Source of the DNA: Dipteris shenzhenensis
Lineage: Eukaryota
Reading direction: 5' to 3' (one strand)
Assembly (NCBI GenBank): GCA_047967505.1
Contig: CM106538.1
DNA: 64,000 bases
Made by a program: the position numbers and the translations under genes. The notes under the pieces are model-generated. The model made no database searches, was not told the DNA's origin, and saw only the letters and a list, made by a program, of their open reading frames with translations. Shown here piece by piece: positions 26,051 to 38,569 of the stretch (its first letter is position 1; each line of letters starts with the position of its first letter).

Positions 26051-29000
26051 TGCTCACCTCTTCCCATATGCACCTCGGGGCTTGGCATTCTGTGAGTAAA
26101 GTTCTATTCAATTTTGTGAGTTTTGTGAGGCTTTTCTATGTGACATTTATAGCTGATAGTTAGCTATAAACCTTGAATATAATAGAGCTAGTGGCTCTCG
26201 TTTCATTTTAAACTAAGCATTGTGTTTTTTTTTTCCAAAATTTTAGTCTATGTGAACTTATTAATTATTACAATTTATCTTCTAATGATACTACATGTTT
26301 CATTCAATGTTTGATAATTGATTGCATTGACTTTGTTATGTGGAAGGTTTATAGCTAGCCACTAGGGAAACACATTGAGTTTGTCGGAGGTTTTTAATTT
26401 CAAAGTAAGAATGGGATTTGTGTCAGTTTCAAAATTTTAGTGTGAGTGGAGTTACAAATTTTGGGCATTTCATAACAATATTGAAAGCTTGCTTAGTGTT
26501 TTGCTAATTGCACAGCCTCCAACATACTTAATAGTTTAAGAAAAACAAAGTATTCTTGCACTTAGTGATACTATATGGAAATAATTGAACAATATCCATG
26601 TGTATCCCTATGGTTCATCTTCAAAATCATTATCCTCTAATACAATTTCATCTACAAACGCATAGTGACTTTTCTTCTTTCTCTTCATTTGGCATGCATC
26701 ATAGATTTCCTCATGCCTTAGTTTCCCTTTGCCTCTACATAACACACAAAATTTTTAGAAATAGTCAAAATCTTGAAGTTTTCAATGCCATGGAGAATGC
26801 TTGCCAATAAAAGGTCTAGAATGCCATATTTTTACCCACCACAAGTCCGTTATTACCAGTCCTTCACCATAGTCCAAAATAAAAAATGCCAAACATTGTT
26901 ACATAATGGTAATAAAAACCACAACTTAAATGAACTACAAGGACCATTCAAGACAAAATTTTCTTACCCTCTTCAAAGTAATTAAATTTATGTCCTTCCA
27001 TATGGGATCCCATGCTTGGATAATCTCATCTGAAACAAAGTATGGGTACCCATTTTGAACCAACAAAAGAAATGATAAAGGTGGGTCTCTCCTCCAAGTA
27101 TCCCTCCTCTCAAAATGACTTCTTCAATCTCCTTCATTGCACATTTCCAACTTGCTTGACACTTTGATGAAGACATATTCTACATAAAGGAACAAGTGGT
27201 GATGGAGTGTCCCTCTTTACCTTCAACCTATTCATTGTCTCAGCAAACAACTCCTCTACCTTTTTTTTTTCAATTTTTTGTCTCATCTTCATTCTTCCCC
27301 CCAGAAATGTCCTCATCTTCATTTAGATACTCATCTTCCTCTCTTTTAGAGTGTCCATCTTTTCATATCATCATCCTCCTATCAATATATTTCTGGTTTA
27401 GGTTATTTTCAATGGAAAGATGAAATAAATAATCTTTAAAGTAAATCTCAACCACTTACCTCATCCCCTCCTCATCCCATAGGAGGATGAGCAATTTCTA
27501 TGTCTCTCTTTAATTGAGCATGTCCATCTAAGGTAGAGGCTGAACCATCTATCAAAAAATCACTTTGTCGAACCAAACTTTATGCCTTATGTGAGTATTT
27601 TGTACTAATGGCTTGCTTACATTACAACCAAGTAATCACCATTCACTATAGCAATCGTTAGTCATGATAATCATTCATCTAGTTTGTCCACTTTGCAACC
27701 AAACGTTGATTGAGACTGAGTAACAAGGACCACAAATTGTTGTTGTCATATCGCATTCCAAATTTCATACATTTGCATCATGCTATTTTTTGTCCCATAG
27801 GTTGTGTTCATAACTAAAAATACATTACAAATCTCACTATAACTTTCTTTCTAGTATAGTATTTAGCTTAAACTATAAGGAATTTCTAGGACTTCAAAAA
27901 TTACCTGCCTATTGTTTGTTGTACAATAGAAAATCTCTTGAATGTTGTTTTAGAATCTAGATTTTGAACTCAAAGTTTTAAATTTTCTTGGTCCTATGGA
28001 GACACATAAATGCTTTTAAAAATTAATAAACACTAGCATGACACACACTACAAGTAGAGCCCTAACTTCCCCCATAAATAGCTTGAAAGGAGGAACAAAT
28101 AAAGCAAGTTTAATGGCATAACAACGTGCTATTAAACTTACTTTTTTCATTTCTATTGTTCAATCGGAACTAAACTAAGAAGCACATAAAATGGCAAGTG
28201 GAAGCATTGAAAGATATTACTACTCAACAACCACTTATCTAAAGATCCTAGAACATTAAGCATGAGATGAGGAAAAAAGTCACCACAATGCAATAAGGCC
28301 TTGGAGACAAGCTAGCTTCCTCTAGATGAAGGAATTTGAAAAAGACAAACAAAGACTCCAACCAATTAATGTATTGCACATATAATCTAGTAGACAAGCC
28401 TTGTATGCCCAAGGCATATAGAGCTTCGATAATAAAACAAAACACTTAAGGATGGCCCTTTATACCTTTCCTGTTCTAACAAGAGGAGACACTAGAAGTA
28501 TTAAAATTAGGAACAAGAAAAGCAAGTTTGATGGCAAGTTGGCGTGTTATCAAACTTACTTTTTGAAATCCACTTGATAGAATTGTATTTCATTCAATGG
28601 CAAAACAACTCCTTTGCATAAACAATCCTCCTCTAAAGCATCAAGGATGCAATATGAAAATCTAAAGAAGTGGAAAAGAGAGAGAGGTTTCAAGCAAGAG
28701 GCAGTGGAAGGGGTTGGGAAAAAAACTATAGAAGAGATTGTAGGTGCAATAAATGTAGCCCTTTGAGGGAAGACAATAGCTTTAATCGGCTATTTTTGCA
28801 ACAACATAGCCTCAAAAAGATAGGTGATACATTTAAAAGGATGTCCAAGCATTAAACACTATTCTTAGATGATAGTACAATAGAAAATGCAACCCTAAAG
28901 GTCAGCATAACAGAAAACCAATCCCTATAGATTGTTAATACCATGACAAAGTTCTAAACAATGAAAGACAAAGATTTTCATAGATAGAAGATGCATAGGA

Positions 29001-30029
29001 ATTGAAGGAACATTGTACTAATCCCGTATTGAAAGAAGCCATCCTGAATTGCTCTCGAATTGCTCCACTTTTTAGGCTTCCACACTCTCTCTAGCTCTTT
29101 GTCCAACAATCTTGCCTAGCCTTTTGCACCTCCCCCCCCCCCCCCATGTTTTGGTTTGCTTGCCCATTTTTGGTGTAGATGAAAGATGAAACTGCCTTCT
29201 TTAAGTAGGATCCATTTCCGTTGACGTGAAAAATGGGATTTAACATCCTTCTTCTTTACTTCAACACAATTCCTTTGAATTTCTCTAGTTTCTATCTCTC
29301 CCCTAGACAGATTCAAACTCTATCCATGTGCCATCTTTTTGTTGCATTGTATCTTTCTTGCAATACTCTAATTTCTACATAGCTTTGTGAAAGTATTGGC
29401 TTTACCTTCCATACTCTTAATAGTTTAGGGTTGTCTCTCTTCTTTTTTGTCTTTCATGATAGGTACCTCTACATCTTTTCCTTCCCTTGATTTGCTCCTT
29501 ATAATATCCATCATTCCCTTTCTTTTTAAAAAAAAGACCAATTTCAATGACCCTTCAATATGGCTATAAACAAGGAATTTTCCTTGATTGTTTTCATTTT
29601 GCAAGCACTTAAACATACTCCCTTCTTAAATGTTATGCATTTCAATATAGTTTTAGAAAGATTACATCTGTAAGCGAACTTCCCTTCTTGAATGTTATGC
29701 ATCCCTATGTAGTTTTTGAAAGACTACATGTGTAAACCGAACTATTATGGTGATGGTTTTGTGTGACAACAAAGATGATCCCTAGAGCAATTGCATATTC
29801 ACTTTCATCATCTACCTCCTCCCATATATACACGATGTCTTGTCTCCTTCATCTACCTTCCTCTCTCTTTTTTACTTTCTATGCTCTTCCTCAGCCATAC
29901 ATAAGCTCAAGGCAATAGCTATGGTCATAGGATTCCCCTCTATAGCCATATCTTGAAAGCTTGGAATAAAAAACTACAAAAGATGCTGGATGCTTTCTTC
30001 CCAAACCATTTTTCTAGAACATATGAAAG

Positions 30030-30095
30030 TAGGAACAAAAAAAGTAAGTTTGACGGTAGGCTGACTTGCTATCAAACTTGCATTTTTTGTTCCTA
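30030..30095. repeat. 66-bp palindromic repeat (further copies at ~28091-28155 and ~28508-28571)
   Basis: taggaacaaaaaaagtaagtttgacggtagg pairs with cttgctatcaaacttgcattttttgttccta. The other two copies share aggaacaa...aagcaagttt.atggca...tg.tat.aaactta.ttttt. Confidence 0.8.
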
Positions 30096-30892
30096 TGTTC
30101 AATTAACAATGTAACATCTAATTCGAGAACCGTAACCTCAAAATGAGAACTCTTAGGGGAATCTTTCAAAGATTCCCTTCTTTTCATGTGAATTTTACAT
30201 ATTTTTTAAAAAGATGGCCATTTTGCATAATGTCTTTTGACAAAAGACATAAAAACCATCTTTTTTGGAAAAAATTTGACAACGGATTTTCAAAAAACAG
30301 GCATGAAAACCTTTACTTAGAATACATAATCCACATAAAATACAATAATGTCTCAAAACCATTACAATATGGACCTATGCATCCAATGCAAATAAAAGGG
30401 CCATGGCATGACATATTTCAAAACTCTAATATGCTAGAAATTACATTGCTTCACAAATATACATGCCATTGATTCTACAAAGAATAGTACTCATCCTCGG
30501 ATCCTATACCTTCAAATGCACTACAGCTAAAGCTTTGTGGGGTAAAAATTGTAAGAGCCTTCCTCCTCCAAACTATCCACTAGAACATTCTCTGAGTTAA
30601 CCTAACCAAGTTGAGATGCCACTCTCTTTCTTGCATGGCGTGTCTTGGCTTTAACTTGTGCACTGCATCCAATCAATGTCTTTGGGATCTTTCAGGATAA
30701 TGTTATGTATTGTGTCACCTTTGGCAATTTCCCTACTTGTCTCAATTGAAATGCATATACCAAAATATCTAACCCAATTGCTCAATCAATGATATCATCT
30801 ACCAAGCTCTACCTTGCTTGCTTTATGCAACCAAGCTATATGCTTGGTCAATGATATCATTGATTGAGTGAGCCAAAACCTTTAAAAGCTCT

Positions 30893-31279
30893 AAATTATT
30901 TGCAAAAAAAAAATTTAACTTTTTGTAGATACATATTTTGGTACTTTTGACATCAGAAATGAGCTTGGAGGGCCCCAAAGCCCTACAAACAATTGCAAAC
31001 ATGGGTACCTTCTGATGATTTTTTGAAAAATCCTAGAGGGAAAAGCATGCACCCATGTGCTAGGTTGATGATATCATTGACTTGGCGTGTTTGGTTGATG
31101 ATATCATCGACCGAGAGTTAGGTGCATGCTTTTCCATGTGAGATTTTCAAAAAATTGTCGGAAGGTATCCATGTTTACAGTCATTTTTAGGGTTTTGGGG
31201 CCTTTCAAGATCATTTTTAATGTCAAAAGTACCAAAATATGAATCTATAAAAAACTTACTTTTTTCCCTCAAATAATTT
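30893..31279. repeat. Foldback / long inverted repeat (~160-bp arms, ~67-bp spacer), MITE-like
   Basis: Left arm 30893-31053 (e.g. catattttggtacttttgacat; ggaaaagcatgcacc) is the reverse complement of right arm 31121-31279 (ggtgcatgcttttcc; atgtcaaaagtaccaaaatatg). Confidence 0.88.
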
Positions 31280-33210
31280 GAAGGTTTACATGTCCATAGT
31301 TAGTCCCTCAATAAATAATGGGATTATGTGTTGAGTGAGAAGGCTCATGTGCTCCAATACCAAAATCCTCACATAATTTGGCATCACTATGTAAATGCCT
31401 TCTAGATCCCATGGTACTTTGTAGTAGCTATCATCCAAGAGCACTATGGTTTTCACAACATGTTGCAACCATTGCCTCCAAAAAGTTTCCAAATCTTTGA
31501 AAAATACTGGTTTCCCACTAGGAAAATAAAATGGAGATTTGGCACAATACAACTTGCCAATATATACTACAATTCCATTATCCTTATCTAAAATGCAACA
31601 TTTAGAATGTCATAAAAGATTACACTGGGGTTGAGAGCTCCACATATATAGATGAAACCATTTTAACTCCCGCAGTGCAAGAATTTTTTAGCACCTCTGC
31701 ACACAAGTCATGCGCTATCAAAATCTTGATCACCATCATAGAAAACCACAACTTATAAATAGGTTGTATGCACCATTGAGAAAATTTGATATTTACACTG
31801 ATTCACCACATGCACTAGCATGTTAAGGATCAAGACACAACAGTACTTGGTAATTTATAATGAAATGACCTTGCTTCCATGAGAAGGAAGCATAAGTGTG
31901 GGCCATAGGGGTAGTGATAAAGTATCATCACCACACTATGCCAAACCATGGTTTTTTAAAAGAGAAAGATTTTGAAGTTGTACATCATTTTGGGATGCAT
32001 TTTGAATGGTCCCTTCACTCTCATGGATACATTTGTGTCATGATCTCCACATGCCTCCATCTTTATAGATTCCCTTTTTGGTGCACCTATGGGTAAAATC
32101 AAGTTAACAGCATGTCCCTGGACATTGCTATTAGCACTGCTGCTCCTAGCACATCAAAACAAATTTTTATGCACCCCTACTTGTGCTCCTAGCATACCCT
32201 ATACAAAAATGCACCATAAGAACTATTCATTGCACCCTTTACATATATGCCACGTGGAAATAATTAAGGTTTATTGAAGCTAGCATAACATTACTAATTA
32301 GCACAAAATGTGTTACAGTTAAATTGCTTTTACCCCTATACATAAATCAATATACAAGCATAATTATAACACTAGTAGTACTATCTCGTTTTTAATACAT
32401 TGCACATCAATACATTTTTGGTGTCACTCAACTATTAGATATTTGATGTAGGGCTACATGTGACATTGGCAAAATACTTAAGAATGAATAGAAGTGCTAG
32501 CAATTTATGAGTGAAGTGGTAAAGTACTAAAAATTCATGTTAACATTTCTAGGATGTTATGGTAAGGTGTCATTCAAATTAAACAACAATAAAAGACAAG
32601 ATCTCATGACCAATAAATGGTGTAACCTATCCTCTAGTATTAAAATTAGATGCATAGCTTCAGATGGTCAATAGTATTATATACCATTAGTATTATTACC
32701 ATGACACATAAACTCCTAGCTTCAAAGACCAATCCTAGTAAGTTTACATGGACATACTTTGTTAAAGGCATTGTTATTGCCTCAAGTGGTAAAGAAAAAT
32801 TCACTCATCATAAGCCACATACTAGATGACAATAGGAAAATTCAAGAATAAGAATCCATTACAAACATAAGAAAGTAAAATAATGGTATATATATCTCAG
32901 GAAGTGTTCACAATTTCCTATAAAAAAGCATTGTTGTGGCCTAAGAACCATATTGTAATAAAAGATGCATGAAAAGATCTATGCATCCTCAACAACACAA
33001 ACTAAGGTCCTAAATTCACAAGACATAGAGAGGTATAAAGTGTGACCATCGATATGGTGGATTATATACAGTGACATGATTAAACCTTCAACATCTCAAG
33101 GATGTTTTAGTAGAGTAGTGTTCAAATAGTGCAATCATACTAGAGGAGAATGCATATTGGCATAAATGTGCCTGCATTGCCCTATGAAAGCTAAGAAAAG
33201 CATTGATTAT

Positions 33211-33249
<39 letters not shown>

Positions 33250-34418
33250 GTGATGCTTACTATTATGAGTATATAGTTAGCACTTTGAACCACTAATAGG
33301 ACTATGTTAGCACTATCGATATATAGTCAGAACTATCAATCACCTAGAGGACTATATTAATATATAGTTACCATTGTGAATATATAGTTACCCATAAGAG
33401 AGATGATTAACATAGGATACCTATAGTACTAATAAGGCTCCACTTAAAAGAGAATAATCATCTCACTATGTTAAAAGTGCTAAACAAGCACAATTTAAGA
33501 ACATTGTATCCTGTGACAGGGAACTTACCTCTCTTTGAAGTCTTCATTTGGTATTTGGAAACAATAATTGACCTTGCTATGGGTGGGAAACGTTGTGTAT
33601 ATATGAGAACACCACACTCATTAGCCACAAGGGATGCTATAGAAAACCACATGAGGTGGTAATATTGCTTGCAAGGCAACATGAGTAGCTCAATGACATG
33701 TTCATTCTAAATAGATAGCCCACATCTAGCACATTGACCCTCAAGTGCGAGCAACCCTTCATTGTTAAGACATGTATGTGGCAGGCTTTTGGCACAATGA
33801 CAACCCCTTTTCCTTTCTCAAGGTGATACAATACCTCAACTACCAGCCTATTTTGGTGTTCAAGTTCCTATTTGATGTTGGCTTATTCCATTCTTTCTAG
33901 CCATAGGAAGGCAATAGAAGTAGCACATAATTGATCAAATTAGATTGAGTATGAGAAAATATGATGTAGTACCAAAATTAAAATACATGTTTTATGAGAA
34001 CGTACAAGTTTTCTGTAATCTCTTATGCATCATGAAGAAAGGAAGCCACTAAATGTAATAAACAGTTTTCCATGAGCCTTGATGATTAAATATCAACTAG
34101 AACTTATACAAATTCATCCGACAATTTAACTAGATTGCCAACACAGGTTATATATTGTCTTATCAATAGGACTCACATCCGCCTTTGGAAAACTTAGTAG
34201 TTGTAGTGTTGAATTTGAAGTAGAAATAGAGCCTCAAGTTCTATTTGTGTTGCTTTGTGAATATCACCGTTGTGAAGGCAAGGTTTAGGTCCATTGGGAA
34301 TATAGGCCTTTCTTCATTGTGCTAGCCTCCTACTTCAGCATTTGTTGCTCTAGACAACTTTTCTCTTGCAATTCCAAGGCATGGTGCTCGGCAAACACAA
34401 CCCATGTAGTATGTTTAT

Positions 34419-36830
34419 TGCACAAATATGGAGAGGGAGTGGAGATGAGGAGAGAGGTCATAGCTAGAGAGCACACCACAAATGACTAAGTGTACACTAG
34501 TATTAGTAGAAAAGAATGAGTCTATACAAATCCCTTGGGGTTAGGTTTATGGTTTCCGACCCTTGTGCCATAGTACGCTTTTGTGTTAGTGCTATGCACA
34601 CATCAACACATGATGTTGAGATGATTCCTCAACACCTTCCCTCAAGATCAACATCATGAAGTAGGCCTTCCCTCAAGATGATCACTATGGGGAATGGAAG
34701 AAGCACTGAAAATTACATTCTATCACACCCCTTTAATGGGAATGTTTTTCCTTTGAGTCAAACCAAAAGCTTGTTAGTGTTTTTCAAAAATCTCTTTCCC
34801 AAGTGGTTTGGTAAAGATATCTACAACATTCTCTTTGTTGTCACAACATTGCAATGTGATTTGACCAAGTAACACTATTTCTTTGATGAAGTGTTGAAAT
34901 CAATGTGCTTTGTCTTGGAGTCTTATACCGGATCCTTGGCTAATGCTTGACTTGATTGATTATTACAGTATATTGTTGTTGGCTTTGACTCATCAACGTA
35001 ATCTATTTCTAATAATAGCCTTATGAGTCATATAGCCTCACATGCATCTGTTGCGAGTCCTTTATACTTTACTTTTGTTGAAGATAAAGAAATAGTTGGT
35101 TGCTTGTTTGACAACCATGATATAGCACCTTGACCAAGGAGAAATCCAAATCCTTGTGTGGATCTTGGGTCTCATGATCTCCTACATAGTCATTGTCATA
35201 GTATCCATGCAACATTGGATGACTTCCTCTGTATTCTATTCCAAACTATCTTGTATGTCTAATGTATATTAAGACTCTCTTGGCTGAATTCTAGTGAGAC
35301 TGTTTTGGATTTGCCTTAAACTATACAAGTGAACTCATTGCACAAAAAATATCTAGCCCTATGATAGATATATAAGAGATCTGATGGGCTGCTGATAGTA
35401 CTTGTCATTGACTATAGGCTTTTCTAGATCTTTGGTAAGTTATAAACTCTGCTCCATAGGTGTGGTTTCAATCTTGCAATCTTCCATATATTAAAACTTC
35501 TTTAGGAGACTATTCACATATTTGTATGGCTCATGAAGGTGCTGTCCGAGTCTCTTCAAAACTTAATTCCAAGACAATAATGCGTAAGTTCAAGATGTTT
35601 CATGTCATTGAACTCTATAAATAAGTCTTGTTTCATATTGTTAATGAAGCTTTCATTGCTTCCCATTAGAATCATATCATCTACATATGAAATTGCAATA
35701 GTCATATCTTCCCCTTGTATCCAATGAATGCCTCATAAGGTGACATACCTTGAATTGGCTCGGTCTAAAGCCAATCAAGCAAGTAGTTTGCTGTGGCAAT
35801 TGCTTCTACCCAATATTAATTCTTAATATGCTTTGCACTGAGCATTGCTCTAGCACTGTCTGCTAATTTAAAAGTCCCATTCTTCCTTTTATCTAATTGC
35901 ATTTTGCTGAGCAGTATCTTGCTGGCATTGTTGCTCACAAGTGCATGTGCTTAGGCTTCATTAATGGAAGCACTTGGGAGTCACCTTTGGTGATGGCACG
36001 ATAGTGAGCTTGGTTTTATGAGGTGAGGTCATTGTAGTAGCCTTTGCTTGGAGCAGTTGTTCCTAGATCCTTTCAGGGACTCTCCCCTTAAATCGAAAAT
36101 AGATTGTAGAGATCTATATTTCTCTTCCTCTCACAGATCTCTCTTTCTCAAGCAATAGGAAACAAAAACAAAATGAACTCAGAATAAAGCAGTAGAATCT
36201 CTCTCTCTTTCTCTTAAATCTCTTGAAGAGAAGAATGACAACCTTGCAAGAAATTTTTGAAAGAGAAAAGAACCGAAATGGATGGAAGTCTCTCACATGA
36301 ACAAAATTTCTCTCACCGAAAGAGACTCTCTCAAATCTATAGGATGGTGTAACATGAACACCGCATACAACATTTTTGTGAATTTGATGTTTTGAACAAA
36401 GAAGTTAAAAACGTAAAGTACATGCATGGATTTGATTGGAATAAAGAAGAGCAGTAGAGGAGATTCATATAAGCTATTTTTTTGAAATTGTGAACTAGAA
36501 AGAGTGGGATTAAAAAAGTGAAACAAAAAATCAACAAGGACCATCATAGAGATGGTTTGTTACACAACTGATAGAATTCCCAAAGCAGAGAAATTCTTAC
36601 ATGATGCAATCAAATCTACATGAGCAATAAGGGCTTAGTTTGGAGGGATTGGATCCACATAGACACATGGATGCAGTCTTGACAAAATGCCATAGGTCAA
36701 TCAATTTCAAATGCTTGCAAGACACTACTCACCATAGAGTTAAATGCATCTCCATTAGAGAGGATGCCCACAAAGAGATGATGTTGTTCTATCACAAGGC
36801 CACCCGAGATGATTGTGGTATTACTCAATT
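34419..36830 (-). mobile_element. Degenerate, internally deleted Ty1/copia element: 3' LTR 34419-34634, PPT, RNase H/RT remnants, gag-like remnant
   Basis: Minus-strand IAISYVDDMILMG (~35670-35700), DNQS..ALAKDP...SKTKHID (~34895-34965), purine tract gagggaagg directly before the LTR start tgttgag, and LTR ending ..tgca. Confidence 0.85.
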
Positions 36831-36955
36831 TTACATGCTATAAAAGTGTCTAGCCATCAAAAAGGGCACGAACAAGGAAAATAAACATATTTGCATCGTC
36901 TTATGTGTTGTAAAAGTGTCCATCTAGTAGAAATAGCAATGAAAAGGTAGATAAA

Positions 36956-37170
36956 TGTTGAGGAATCATCTCAACATCATATGTTTATATGTGCATAGCA
37001 CTAACACAAAAGAGTGTTAAAAGGCACTTAAAAGGCACAAGAGTTGAAAACCCTAACTTATATATACTCATTCTTTTGAATTAATGGTAGTGTACAATTC
37101 TTCATTCGTGGTGTGCTCTCTAGATGTGCCCTCTCTCCTCCCTCTCCATATTTGTTTATGGTATCAGAGC
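36956..37170 (+). mobile_element. 5' LTR plus primer-binding site of the same Copia family, opposite orientation
   Basis: tgttgaggaatcatctcaaca start, homologous to the other two LTRs, followed by TGGTATCAGAGC (37159-37170), the canonical tRNA-iMet PBS. Confidence 0.85.
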
Positions 37171-38569
37171 ATGGTTGCACCTTCCATTGAGGTTCCATCC
37201 TTATGAGAGATTGAGAGATTGATAGGCCTTAAACACACAAGTTCAGATCCACATTAGCTCTAACACTAAACTTTGTACATTAGCTCTAACGCTAATCTTT
37301 GTACTATTTCAATCTTTGCACCACCTCCAAGACTCAATATCTTGGTATTCCAATGAGTACATGAAGATTGGTTTGTGAAATCTTTTACATTTGAGGATTT
37401 CCATTCCAATGTTTTAAATATATAATTACACTGACCTTGTTTTTGAATGGTGTGGAATCTATGAGTTATGATGCTCTTTCTATGGGAGTGGACAAGGGAG
37501 AAGAATCATAGGGCCTAGGTAACCTCTCAAGGAAGAGGTTAGCCTCACTCCAAACCACAATTGTGTAGGGTGCAAAGATAAAGCCATCACAATTTTTCTA
37601 CAAAACAAAAGAAAAAAGATAGGAAAAACAAACATGGAACTAAATAGGATCCATGCATGCATTGTGTAACTGAAAGAAAGCACTTGTTTGTAAAAAAGCC
37701 ATGAGGATTAATAAGGCATAAATATTTTGCAAGAGAAACATTATAGGAAGGAATTTAAGGCAAGTGTGAAAAAATTATGAGCCACACATGCATGAAGTAT
37801 TTTAAACCTGGTGCCTCGTATGCAGGGGACAATATGAGCACCTCATAGTGCTATCATAGTTAGGACTTTCTTACAATTTTGACCTAGAACTCCTCATATG
37901 TAGGGGACAATACAAGCACCTTGTAATTGATCATAACCTTCTTCATAGCAACTTCTTTCAAGGCACTGGTAGAGAGAACTCAACTTAGCGGTGAGCTCAA
38001 TCGAGCACAACATTTGACAGTGGACAAGGAACTCAATCTGGTGGTGAGCTCCAACACATTGACACATGCTCTCAATGAGCTTGAGTTACCAAGTTGAGTT
38101 CTCCTTCCCAAGTTTCAAAGGCTGTACTCAATTACAAGAGGCTCATCACTAAGTTGAGTTCTCTCGGAGTGCCTGATAGAACAACGACGACATGTTTCCC
38201 TTGGCTTCCCATCCTGCAGCTCCCTTGGTCATGGCTATGGCTAGTGGAGTGTTGCAGGGTGGAGAGCCAAGGCAAAAAATGGATCCCATGACTTGGGCAT
38301 CATTATGAAGGGGCATCGAGATTGCAGCAAAAATTTATCACAGGGGTGGAAGGGGGCTTGGAGAGCGTGGAAGGAGGTAGGAGAGGGATTTTCCTAGGTG
38401 CGATGAATCATTGCTCTGACCTTAAGGCCTTTACATAGCTAGATGTCCTACCCTACCACTCTTTTCCCCTTCATTTCTTATGTCAATTTGTGCGACTCTA
38501 GGTGCCTATCGCTACTAAGAGCACCCAATCCACTCGTTGGATTTTGCTGGAAGCACAGCCTAGCGTAAG

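Noticed and set aside
25585-26163. Many His/Met/Cys/Val-rich ORFs (also 49495-49986 and 50890-51117)
   Set aside because: They are translations of microsatellites, open in several frames on both strands.
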